Shown here: piece after piece, positions 7,134-16,141 of the stretch | Position numbering within the stretch: position 1 is the stretch's first letter | Layout of the letters: each line of letters starts with the position of its first letter | Source: Promethearchaeota archaeon | Lineage (GTDB): Archaea; Asgardarchaeota; Hermodarchaeia; Hermodarchaeales; Hermodarchaeaceae | Length of the DNA: 32,000 bases | NCBI GenBank assembly: GCA_048938295.1 | Contig: JBHLMI010000004.1 | Location: forward strand, 1 to 32,000 | Direction of reading: 5' to 3' | Program-made: the position numbers and the translations under genes | Notes under the pieces: model-generated | Database searches by the model: none | The model's input: only the letters and a program-made list of their open reading frames with translations | Told to the model about the DNA's origin: nothing

Positions 7134-8465
7134 CTACGTTTTCCTTTTCTTTTTCAGACGTTTCTCTATAAGCGCTGCCAACTGATCAAGCTCAGTTTCA
7201 CTCAATTCTTCCAAGCGTTGTGTTACGAACTCCTGGGTTTTAGGATCCTCTGCCAATGCAAGCAAGAGTCGGCGCATCTCAGGGTTTTCGTCGATTTGCT
7301 TCAATGTGGGAACAGCTCGCTCCTGATCTTCGAGCACTTCCTTTAATCGGGTTCGTTCCTGTTGGAGTTCATCGATTAACGGTTGTATCTCTCCACGAAT
7401 CCTCCCTTCAATGGCTTCAAGATCATAGCCTTCAGGAACCGCAAGAATCCGGGTGAACCCGTTCTCATAGAGGTGACGTACACTTTTGAATAGCTGGTCA
7501 ATGGTAGGTTTCGCGTAAGCCCCATTGTAGGGCACGCTGTGGGCCATGAGAATTTGTTTATGTGTATAACCACCAGGGTTATGATCCAGCTGAGTGCCAA
7601 ACCAACTCCGCAGCGCTCGCAACGATAACGGATTCTCACGCTGATCAGGGAACACCTTCTTCCCCAGCCGCCGCAACATTGCCCCAGCTGCGTTCTTGGT
7701 GAGCTTGCGTTCCTGTTCGTTCGGTTTCTCAACGAAAAGGTAGCTTTCAGGGGTGAGATCGCTTCGCGTTTTGAGATAGCGATCCAAGTGCTGCAAAGCT
7801 TCCGGGGTTATCCAGCTGATCATTTCAATACCGGTCTTTTGGCGTGGCTGATCAGGATCGTGGATGAAACCCCAATTTGGAAACTTACCTCGATCAATAT
7901 CACCGAGTTTGAGCTCTAGCAGATCAGATGAGCTACGACCGGTTGTGGCCGCAACGAAGATTAAGGCCTTAGCACGAACATCTGCGTATTCAAGGACTTT
8001 CGCGATTTCACCGGTGGTCAGGCCACCAGCCACCTGGCGCTGTGATCGTGTGAACCGGTGAAGCTGGGGAAGTGACACGTCATAATGCCGATAGAAGCTC
8101 TTGATACAGCCCACCATGCGGCTAATCGTGCGGCGGGTCTTCTTAGTGAATGGTTTTTCCCCTTGCGCGTAAGGCCCTTGGTCAAACACTAACACATGCT
8201 CAGGATGATCCTTGAGCAGCCATTGCCGGAAATGTTCGAGTCGATGTCGCCCGCTGAGTGACGAATCACGATTGAGCACCGGTTGCTGGCGGTAAGCCTG
8301 TTCATCTTCAATCAGCTGCTTCGGTGTTCGCTTGGTAAAGGCACAAAAGTAGAGCAAGGACAGGCTGTAACTCGGTGCGGTTCCCGGTGAAACGGTGGTC
8401 AACCAATCCACAACAAGGGAATCCTGTTCGAAGGACGCGCGGTTATGCCTGGAAATACGTGGCAT
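7134..8465 (-). CDS. int: Tyrosine recombinase/integrase with C-terminal coiled-coil extension
   Basis: N-terminal SAM-like domain; TTGRSSSDL box I, K210, RALR(283-286), H309, Y317; charged helical tail. Confidence 0.88.
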   Translation of the reverse strand: MPRISRHNRASFEQDSLVVDWLTTVSPGTAPSYSLSLLYFCAFTKRTPKQLIEDEQAYRQQPVLNRDSSLSGRHRLEHFRQWLLKDHPEHVLVFDQGPYAQGEKPFTKKTRRTISRMVGCIKSFYRHYDVSLPQLHRFTRSQRQVAGGLTTGEIAKVLEYADVRAKALIFVAATTGRSSSDLLELKLGDIDRGKFPNWGFIHDPDQPRQKTGIEMISWITPEALQHLDRYLKTRSDLTPESYLFVEKPNEQERKLTKNAAGAMLRRLGKKVFPDQRENPLSLRALRSWFGTQLDHNPGGYTHKQILMAHSVPYNGAYAKPTIDQLFKSVRHLYENGFTRILAVPEGYDLEAIEGRIRGEIQPLIDELQQERTRLKEVLEDQERAVPTLKQIDENPEMRRLLLALAEDPKTQEFVTQRLEELSETELDQLAALIEKRLKKKRKT

Positions 8466-8522
8466 AGTACGTACTCGTTCGAACTCGCATAAATATATTT
8501 CCTAACAAATCTGTTAGAAGTC

Positions 8523-8531
8523 AAAGCCTAC
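8523..8531 (+). repeat. attR core (AAAGCCTAC)
   Basis: Identical to 130-138; followed by host arm TACCGATACCT. Confidence 0.75.
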
Positions 8532-8573
8532 CGATACCTCAGCATTTTCCATCGGTAACGTTATTTTTGCGAA

Positions 8574-9056
8574 ATGCCAAGGTTAGTCCAAAAAAGAAAG
8601 ATTGCGAGAATACCGACAATGATTGATAAGCAAACTTCACGGAGACGGCTATATGGATTTATACTCTTTAGCATCCTCGAAGAAACGATTATTGCAGTCA
8701 TTGCTTTTATGCTACTATTAGTATTTCTCCCCTCTTTTCTCATCTCAGGAATAATTATTGTAGCGATCGCCCTGATCCTGTTCAGCTTAGTTAAAATTTA
8801 TACATATTGGTCATCTTCGAGAATTCCTATTTACGATCCTTTGATTGGCCAAGAGGGAATAGCGATTACGGAATTTGAGATTGGAATAGATAAACACTGG
8901 CTAGGAAAGGTCATTGTTCGAGGAGAAACATGGAAAGCCCAATCTTCAGAAGTAATTGCAAAAAATGCTCGAATATGGGTCCATGGAATCAGTGGATTAT
9001 CGCTTCTGGTTAAGACAACGCCATTCGAGCCAGAAGAAACCAAGAGCCGCTCCTAA
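8574..9056 (+). CDS. NfeD-like protein (TM helices plus C-terminal OB fold)
   Basis: LIGQEGIAIT...GKVIVRGETWKA...GLSLLV is the NfeD C-terminal signature. Confidence 0.85.
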   Translation: MPRLVQKRKIARIPTMIDKQTSRRRLYGFILFSILEETIIAVIAFMLLLVFLPSFLISGIIIVAIALILFSLVKIYTYWSSSRIPIYDPLIGQEGIAITEFEIGIDKHWLGKVIVRGETWKAQSSEVIAKNARIWVHGISGLSLLVKTTPFEPEETKSRS

Positions 9057-9658
9057 GGGGTCATCGAATTGTTCCGCATCTGCCTTTGGGCGAAGGCGCG
9101 ATCTAAGGCTTGGTTGGCTAGTCTCAGAAAAGCATTAGATACTCCGATGGCAGTTGCTGCTGAAGTTTCAAAATAAGGGATGCTCCACCATCGTTGTAAC
9201 ATTTGCGCTGCTTCAGGTGGAACCATTCGTTTTTCCGCGAGATCTACTTTATTCCCGATAAGAATAACCGCCCCTTGGGGAACAATGCGCCGAAAGTCAT
9301 TATACCAATTCCATAAGGTCATAAAGGAACTGGGTTCGGACACATCGAAAACGAGTAGGGCTCCATGGGCACCGCTGTAATAGTGCCTGCGGACTTGTCG
9401 AAAAGAAGGTTGACCAGCAACATCCCAAATCACCAGCTTCACTTTTTGTTGTTTTATTTCCAAATCTTTGACAGCGAAACTAGCGCCAAGGGATTGCTTG
9501 TATTCGGGTGAGAAAGTGTTTTGGGTATAACGCAGAACCAACGAAGTTTTGCCTACGGCTCCATCGCCCATCATGACTATCTTTATACCGAAATCTGTGG
9601 GCCTGTCTATGAATCGTTCGTGGACATCAGTGGGAGCCAGCTTCTCTGACACGGTCAC
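9053..9658 (-). CDS. Rab-like small GTPase (Ras superfamily)
   Basis: G1 GDGAVGKTS, G3 WDVAGQ, G4 GNKVD, G5 ETSA; RabF-like KLVIWD, YYSGA, LVFDVS; no prenylation Cys. Confidence 0.92.
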   Translation of the reverse strand: MTVSEKLAPTDVHERFIDRPTDFGIKIVMMGDGAVGKTSLVLRYTQNTFSPEYKQSLGASFAVKDLEIKQQKVKLVIWDVAGQPSFRQVRRHYYSGAHGALLVFDVSEPSSFMTLWNWYNDFRRIVPQGAVILIGNKVDLAEKRMVPPEAAQMLQRWWSIPYFETSAATAIGVSNAFLRLANQALDRAFAQRQMRNNSMTP

Positions 9659-9762
9659 CCTTTCCCAGGTTGGTGCCTAAGCTGTAGTTGCCAAAAAGAT
9701 GCATAAAGGTTTCGTTTCAGAATATAGATGTTTTACTAAATTGTTGGAAATTGAGTGAATTC

Positions 9763-10710
9763 TCAGAACACGAATGGAATAGGAATTCCTAAGGAGACCA
9801 CCATGAATAAGCCAATCCCAATGGGAACAAGTGCACAAATCATCGGAACTGGTAAGCCCGGGATCGCTCTATTGGGATAGCGCGCAACGATTTGGGTGTT
9901 TAAGAGACAGCCAATGGTGATGGCAACGAAAGCCAAACCTGAGAAAAACCAGCCCAGATATCGGAAGGCATAGGCGACAAGTGCAGCATAAACAATGAGA
10001 TCTCCCACACCCATCACTAAAGGCCCGATTACGAAAGTAAAGGCGGTTCGGACATGATGTTTTCGATCTGCCTCAATCATTGTAGGTCCAAGGCGAATGG
10101 CAAAAAAAGTATCCTGTGCTGCAAGAATAAGAAGGATAGCTAATGAGATTACCCATGTAAAATTCACAGCTAAAAACACTCCAAGAATGATCCCATATCC
10201 AGCAAACAAAATATTGCGTGCCAATTCTCCGAGAGCGTCGGTAAAGATGAAAACGATTGAGAAAGCTGAAAACATGATGGATGCAAGAGCAAGCAGTGAT
10301 AAATGCAGAAAACTTAGTCCCTGAAAGAGGAGTAATAGAAAAATCGCCTGACCAATAAAGACCGTGAGAATGAAAAAGAGGGGAGAAACAAAGGCAGCAA
10401 TTAGGATTCGATGAACTCTCTCGCTACCCCGTTGAAATATAAGGAATGTGAAAAAAGTCGCTAAACCACCTGTAAAGCCAATGACAAACAGAACTAACAG
10501 GGTTTGAAACACATCCATTGTAGGGGGGAAAATGCCTGGTTGCAGAAGAGGGTTTGCAAGTATCACCAGATAAGCGATTAAAAGAGAAAAGACCATTGAG
10601 AATATGGGTAGAGTAATGTAATAAAGGCGTTCGCGCCAACTCAATCGAACCTTTACTTGATCCATCTCAAATTGTCCCTGCTTTCCTTCCGCAATTGACT
10701 GGGCATTCAT
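9763..10710 (-). CDS. Presenilin/signal-peptide-peptidase family (A22) intramembrane aspartyl protease
   Basis: About 9 TM helices; QD (YD-equivalent), GVGD (GxGD) and PGLP (PAL-equivalent) motifs. Confidence 0.85.
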   Translation of the reverse strand: MNAQSIAEGKQGQFEMDQVKVRLSWRERLYYITLPIFSMVFSLLIAYLVILANPLLQPGIFPPTMDVFQTLLVLFVIGFTGGLATFFTFLIFQRGSERVHRILIAAFVSPLFFILTVFIGQAIFLLLLFQGLSFLHLSLLALASIMFSAFSIVFIFTDALGELARNILFAGYGIILGVFLAVNFTWVISLAILLILAAQDTFFAIRLGPTMIEADRKHHVRTAFTFVIGPLVMGVGDLIVYAALVAYAFRYLGWFFSGLAFVAITIGCLLNTQIVARYPNRAIPGLPVPMICALVPIGIGLFMVVSLGIPIPFVF

Positions 10711-10829
10711 AAAGCCCTCAACAACGAGACGCGTTATAATGTTACCGCTAGTGGCAGTGAATCGAAATCTGTTTTGAACTGAAGCGATAGTAATTTGTTA
10801 GTGAAGAATGAGTTCAAAAAAGGGGGAGG

Positions 10830-10848
10830 AGGTGCCATAATGGCACCT
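10830..10848 (-). terminator. Hairpin AGGTGCCA-TAA-TGGCACCT followed by a pyrimidine/T tract on the minus strand
   Basis: Perfect 8-bp stem ~25 nt after the stop of the 10874-12742 gene. Confidence 0.6.
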
Positions 10849-10873
10849 AGTAGATATTATAGAATTTGTCCGA

Positions 10874-12742
10874 TTACTTCTTTCGGAGATACCAGACACT
10901 ACCAAGAAGCACTACGACAATAACCAGCACTCCGACCCCAATGTATAGGGCTAGATAGCTTGGTCTTTCAACTTCTGCAGCAGTGTGTCCAGGTATACCA
11001 AAATGGTAGTTCTCCCAGAAGACCATCTGGATGAATTCACCTTCAAGCCGTTGGTCCCACATGAATGGACCATATCCGACAGGTCGCGGATTGGTGAAGG
11101 TGATTGGGCTAACAACGCCCTCCCAGATGTGCTTAGGCAGAATATCCCAGCCAGCGATGTAATCGAATGTGAAGTAGCTCTTGCCGTTGCTGATGATCCG
11201 TACGTGCCAATCATCAAGGGCGACACACGAATTGAGATAGCCAATACTTGTGACGTATAGCGGTATCATGTTGTCCTTAATGTAGTTGTAGGAGAATTCT
11301 ACATCGTGCGCAGTCACCATACCGCCATATTCGCCACCCATATCATGCCAGTAGGCAGCTGGATGATCCGTATCACTTCCTACAAGTGTGAAGTCATATT
11401 GTAATCCATCGGCTAACTCGGTCATAGTCCATTCCCAAGAAAGGCCACCATTTTCGATTGGTATGTGTTCAATGGGATCATTGGCAGCAAGTCCTTCAGA
11501 ATAGATATTGGCCATGACATAGTTGGTTACAGCATCTTGCGAAGTCAAAGGATTCTGTCCAGTGATTGCTGAGCCGATTTGGCTGACAAATGTTCCGCCA
11601 GTACCCGTGGTTGGATTACGTCCAGGTTGACCTTCTTTGAGTTGTACAAAGCGGCCAGTCCAGCGGTTCATGGGACCGGTACCCCAACCCGTGGCGACTA
11701 GATAGGAATCTTGGTCCCATTTGTCGATGCGTTGACCGTTGATGATGAAGTTACTGTAGAAGGGAATGATTGGACAGTTTTCGACGATGATGTCTTGGGC
11801 GAGATAGGCAGCATCAAGCACAGTATCAAAGTCGGCAGCCGTCATCATGGTCTCGATTGCATCGTCGTAGCTGGAATTACTCCAGTTGCAACGGTTACCG
11901 TTGGGTATAGGGATGTTCTCGGTTGTGAACATCTCAAGGAGTGTCGGATCAGTGCCGGTAATCCAGGCATAAGATACTGCATCGTAGGGTCGCGGAATAG
12001 CGTCTAGGAGTTCTCCTGACAGGTAGGTCCAGTCAATCGCCGTTGTCGTTATGGCAAGACCTGCTTGAAGACAACGAGGTTCTTGCGCAGTGAACGCAGC
12101 ACCCCATTGAGGAGCAGATGCACCATACCAAACATCCAAGGAGAACTTGCTTCCGTCGGGGGCTTCTCTGACACCGTCACCATCTAAGTCAACGAACCCT
12201 GCAGCATCAAGTTCTGCAATAGCAGCAGCCACGTTGGGTTCCTTAAAGCTTTCAGTCTGGTTGTTATACCAGATACCAGATGATGGTGGTAGTGGAGAGT
12301 CGATGGCATAGCCCACACCTTCCTTCATGATTTGTGCCATTTCGAATTTATCGAAACAGTGAGCATAGGCTCGGCGGAGGGCGGTGATGCCGAATGGGTA
12401 GTTGAGACAGTTGATAGTCAGATGACCGAACGCGAGACGATCGGTTTGTGACAAGAAGATATCGGGATTTGCCTGTAGATCCTCAAGGTAGTCGAGTTGA
12501 ACATCATCAGTGAGATGATCAACTTGACCAGAGACCAAAGCAGCTGTTTGGATGTCTTCTCCTACAATCACGCGAAAGATGATTTTATCGATATAGGGAC
12601 CCGTAGGATCCCATTCGGTGCGTTGTGTAGGAGCGGCGGCAGTATAGGGAATAGGTTCATTCCCTGTATATGCCAGAAACATCGGTACTAAAGAAACGAG
12701 GATCAGAAGAGCAAAAATCCTGTAAATATTTTTTCGCTCCAA
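10874..12742 (-). CDS. ABC transporter family-5 (oligopeptide/dipeptide-type) substrate-binding protein with C-terminal TM anchor
   Basis: Signal peptide; GPYIDKIIFR, LRRAYAHCFDK, VTAHDVEFS, PVGYGPF motifs; terminal TM plus RKK. Confidence 0.88.
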   Translation of the reverse strand: MERKNIYRIFALLILVSLVPMFLAYTGNEPIPYTAAAPTQRTEWDPTGPYIDKIIFRVIVGEDIQTAALVSGQVDHLTDDVQLDYLEDLQANPDIFLSQTDRLAFGHLTINCLNYPFGITALRRAYAHCFDKFEMAQIMKEGVGYAIDSPLPPSSGIWYNNQTESFKEPNVAAAIAELDAAGFVDLDGDGVREAPDGSKFSLDVWYGASAPQWGAAFTAQEPRCLQAGLAITTTAIDWTYLSGELLDAIPRPYDAVSYAWITGTDPTLLEMFTTENIPIPNGNRCNWSNSSYDDAIETMMTAADFDTVLDAAYLAQDIIVENCPIIPFYSNFIINGQRIDKWDQDSYLVATGWGTGPMNRWTGRFVQLKEGQPGRNPTTGTGGTFVSQIGSAITGQNPLTSQDAVTNYVMANIYSEGLAANDPIEHIPIENGGLSWEWTMTELADGLQYDFTLVGSDTDHPAAYWHDMGGEYGGMVTAHDVEFSYNYIKDNMIPLYVTSIGYLNSCVALDDWHVRIISNGKSYFTFDYIAGWDILPKHIWEGVVSPITFTNPRPVGYGPFMWDQRLEGEFIQMVFWENYHFGIPGHTAAEVERPSYLALYIGVGVLVIVVVLLGSVWYLRKK

Positions 12743-13085
12743 TTTGGTTTAAACCTCTTGGCGTTTTTCTGAATCGTAGCTAATGCTACGATACCGTCAA
12801 AAAAGGATGCTTGTTCCTTAAATCACTTACCGTTAGGGAATATCCGAGACGTTTTTCAACGACAGGAGGAAAGAAAATTTTCTCAATGAATATGAAAAAT
12901 AACTAAAAAGCCAAGGTAGTTACTCAGAAATGTCAAATCAAAAATAATGATTTTCGACGACTCATTTTTACTATATTCTATTTTACTGAGCGATTTGATG
13001 ATTATTCATTAAGTCGTTGATAGAAGAATCAGTAAGATTTTATGTTTGAGTACATCTATTCCGCTACCTATTGGAGTGAAGAACA

Positions 13086-14939
13086 ATGTTTGGCTGGATG
13101 GGAAAACTCCTTCGCATAGATTTGACAACTCAGCAAATCAAGGAAGAGGGAATTTCTCAGCGCATACTAACACAATATATCGGAGGGAAAGGACTTGGAA
13201 CCTATTACCTTTACAATGAGGTACCAGCCCGAATCGATGCCCTCAGCGCTGAAAACCGGTTTTATCTCGCCGCGGGACCCTTACAAGGAACTCACATTCC
13301 CATCACAGGGCGTTGTTCAGCTGTTTCGAAAAGCCCACTGACCCAATTGTACATCGATAGTGCCATAGGCGGCTATCTGGGTCCTGAACTAAAACGGGCA
13401 GGATATGATCTCCTAATTATCCAAGGTCACGCTAAAAAACCGGTTTGGATTAACATAAACAATGATGGGTCATCTATCGAAGACGCCTCCTCTTTCTGGG
13501 GTAAAAATACCCACGAGACTGAAGCTAGTCTTCGGAAAGAAAATCCAAAAACTCAGGTGATTTCTACTGGACCAGCAGGAGAACGCTTAGTCCCTTTTGC
13601 ATGTTTAACTCACAACTATTTCCGTAACTTTGGTCGTGGCGGGTTGGGAGCAGTATTCGGTGCTAAGAATCTGAAAGCCATTGCAATACGGGGTACAAAA
13701 CGCAAGATTTCTACTCCAGATCCAGATATCGAACGCGAGTTAGTAAAGCAGCTTTCCCAACGCGCCCGAGCGGCCAAGGAGAAAGGACACTCTCTCCACT
13801 ACACCGGCACACCTTGGCTGGTTGACTATTCGAATAGTATCGGGATGTTTCCCACTCGTAACTTTCAAACTACTCATTTCGAAGGACACAAGAAGATTAA
13901 CGATGAAAGCTTAGAAAAGGTGTACCATAAGAATAAACGGCGGACACCCTGTGAAGGATGCGTTATAAGCTGTGCCTGGACGGTGAAGGAGCCAAATTAT
14001 CGATGGGTCGATAAGAATATGCCCGGAATTGTGGCACTTCCCGAGTATGAAACGCTTGGTCTAATGGGAGGCAACCTTGGCATTGATGATCTTGCAGCGA
14101 TTACCCATGCAAATTATCTTTGCAACCGTTTGGGATTAGACACAATTAGCACAGGAAATGTCATCGGCTTCCTGATGGAACTCACCCAACGGAACCTTTT
14201 ACCAAAGGCATTCCAAACTAATGGCATCGAATTTGGTGATGCAGAGGGTGTCATCAAACTGATACCACAAATTGCCAGACGTGAGGGAATTGGTAAACAT
14301 CTCGCTAAAGGTGTTCGTGAATTTGCCACCGAACTTGGTCCGGAAGCCACACGACTAACCCTTCATACTAAAGGTTTGGAATATCCTGCATGGGATCCCA
14401 GAGGAAAATTAGGATTAGGATTAAGCTATGCAACAGCAGCTGCTGGTGCGAGTCATCTGCGTGGTTGGCCCTCAACGACTAAACCTCCTGAGACAAGTGC
14501 TGTTACTGTCTTGGACTCGTTGATTGAACAACAGAACCTGAAGATTTTGAAAGACTCCCTTGTTATTTGCCATTTTACCCATTCCATTTCACCACGTCTA
14601 AACATTACCGACTGTGTGAATCTCTATTCAGCAGCCACAGGAGAGGACACCAGCTTGGAAGCAATTGAGCAGATTGCAAATCGCATCTGGATGCTTGCTC
14701 GGATGTTCAATATCCGTGAATATAATGAGACCCCCCGCAAGTATGATGTGTTGCCTTACCGGTTCATGCACGACCCTATTCCTGATGGCCCCACCAAGGG
14801 TTATACCGCTTTCACGAGCCCACAGGACTTCGACGACTCCTTGACTGAGTTATACCGCCAACGAGGATGCGATGCCGACGGACAACCCACCAAACAAGCC
14901 CTTAACGACCTTGGACTCACTACAGTTGGAAGCAAATAA
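13086..14939 (+). CDS. aor: Tungsten-dependent aldehyde:ferredoxin oxidoreductase family protein
   Basis: YIGGKGLG, SKSPLT, GRGGLGAVFGAKNLKAI, CEGCVISC (4Fe-4S), LGLDTIS, KGLEYPAWDPRG. Confidence 0.95.
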   Translation: MFGWMGKLLRIDLTTQQIKEEGISQRILTQYIGGKGLGTYYLYNEVPARIDALSAENRFYLAAGPLQGTHIPITGRCSAVSKSPLTQLYIDSAIGGYLGPELKRAGYDLLIIQGHAKKPVWININNDGSSIEDASSFWGKNTHETEASLRKENPKTQVISTGPAGERLVPFACLTHNYFRNFGRGGLGAVFGAKNLKAIAIRGTKRKISTPDPDIERELVKQLSQRARAAKEKGHSLHYTGTPWLVDYSNSIGMFPTRNFQTTHFEGHKKINDESLEKVYHKNKRRTPCEGCVISCAWTVKEPNYRWVDKNMPGIVALPEYETLGLMGGNLGIDDLAAITHANYLCNRLGLDTISTGNVIGFLMELTQRNLLPKAFQTNGIEFGDAEGVIKLIPQIARREGIGKHLAKGVREFATELGPEATRLTLHTKGLEYPAWDPRGKLGLGLSYATAAAGASHLRGWPSTTKPPETSAVTVLDSLIEQQNLKILKDSLVICHFTHSISPRLNITDCVNLYSAATGEDTSLEAIEQIANRIWMLARMFNIREYNETPRKYDVLPYRFMHDPIPDGPTKGYTAFTSPQDFDDSLTELYRQRGCDADGQPTKQALNDLGLTTVGSK

Positions 14940-14947
14940 GAAAAAAT

Positions 14948-14975
14948 CCCCTCAACATTCATATTCATTGAGGGG
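14948..14975. terminator. Hairpin CCCCTCAA-N12-TTGAGGGG; T-tract follows on the minus strand
   Basis: 8-bp inverted repeat just after the aor stop, with an A-run on its left. Confidence 0.55.
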
Positions 14976-14987
14976 CGTCTAGGGATT

Positions 14988-15146
14988 GTGAACTACCCGG
15001 ACCTGACGGACGGGGGTTCTTGCTTTATCCTATTGATTTGTATCAACTGGTCCACAGGCTCTACTCGCTGTTCCAGCGATATTGCCCGAGTACACTAGAC
15101 AATCACCCCAACTCCGAATATTATGCCATCTTGTTGTTCACTTCAC
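14988..15146 (-). mobile_element. IS200/IS605 right-end remnant (tnpB 3' end / omegaRNA scaffold), no transposase or TnpB ORF
   Basis: Minus strand ends ...GCCTGTGGA...AAGCAAGAACCCCCGTCCGTCAGGTCCGGGTAGTTCAC, typical of IS605-type right ends; translates to TnpB-like tail HNIRSWG...NIAGTASRACG. Confidence 0.75.
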
Positions 15147-15236
15147 AGGGATTTCTCGATTTGCTGAAAAGTAAATGACCTATTCCTATCGACTTTTAAA
15201 GACCGACCACTATGAGGGTCTGAACGAGGTGTACAT

Positions 15237-15815
15237 GTGCCAGAAATGCCATCCCAAGATGCCATGTTCCTTCTTGACCAGCAAAAATGTGTGGTAGCTA
15301 ACTTCGATAGCTCAGGGTGGATCCTTGATATCGGCGGAGGTGGTGAAGGTATCATTGGACGCCTCAAAGGCTCCAATGTCGTAGCCATCGACATTAGACG
15401 AGAAGAACTGGATGAAGCCCCCTCCGGACCCTTAAAATTGATAATGGATGCGACCAACCTTCAATTCCTCGATCACACCTTTGACACGGTCACCGCTTTC
15501 TTCTCCCTCATGTATTTCACTCATGAAACCCGCCCCCAAGTCTTCCACGAGGTGGCCCGCGTCCTCACACCAGGAGGCAAATTCTACCTATGGGATGTCA
15601 CGATTCCACCCGCAACGGACCCGACAAAACGCGTGTTCGCTGTCCTTCTGAACATCCAACTTCCTCATGAAACAATCCAAACCGGCTATGGCGTCACCTG
15701 GCAAGACCGCGAACAAACCCTCGATGATTATCTCCAACTCGGACAAGAAACTGGACTGAAAGTCGTCTCCCAACAAACCACTGGTCACCTCTTCTCAATC
15801 AAGTTCAAAAAATAA
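15237..15815 (+). CDS. Class I SAM-dependent methyltransferase
   Basis: ILDIGGGGEG motif I; VAIDI; MDATNLQF; FDTV; RVLTPGG. Confidence 0.9.
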   Translation: MPEMPSQDAMFLLDQQKCVVANFDSSGWILDIGGGGEGIIGRLKGSNVVAIDIRREELDEAPSGPLKLIMDATNLQFLDHTFDTVTAFFSLMYFTHETRPQVFHEVARVLTPGGKFYLWDVTIPPATDPTKRVFAVLLNIQLPHETIQTGYGVTWQDREQTLDDYLQLGQETGLKVVSQQTTGHLFSIKFKK

Positions 15816-16141
15816 CAACCGTCTAATGAAAAAAGTAGTTGTCCACTCAAGCTAACCATTACAGCACCCGTGTTTTTGGTATTAAACGGTATACGGATGG
15901 TTGCCTGTTTTCACTTTCACTGAGGGGTGTTAAACGATTATAAGGTTCCAGTTCGGAACAGGGGAAGAGAAACACTGGGCTGGGCATTCCCGCTGGAAAA
16001 CCATTAGCTATAATAGGGGACACCGCACACATCTTCACCGAAGACCTCCCCTTCGGCTATGCCTCCGAATACTTTCAGCGAGGTCTCCCCATCCAATGTA
16101 TCTATCATACACACTTGCATGACCTTTCGGAAGGAAGCACC

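Larger units (their letters stand above)
130..8531. mobile_element. Complete ~8.4 kb tyrosine-integrase integrated element (plasmid-like/cryptic; no capsid or packaging genes seen)
   Basis: Integrase at right end; 9-bp direct repeat AAAGCCTAC at 130-138 and 8523-8531; host-type genes resume on both sides; AbrB/RHH/wHTH module and AT-rich cargo inside. Confidence 0.82.

Noticed and set aside
8466-8573. tRNA target at the integrase end
   Set aside because: No cloverleaf or T-loop at either element end; the att core is a 9-bp intergenic repeat.
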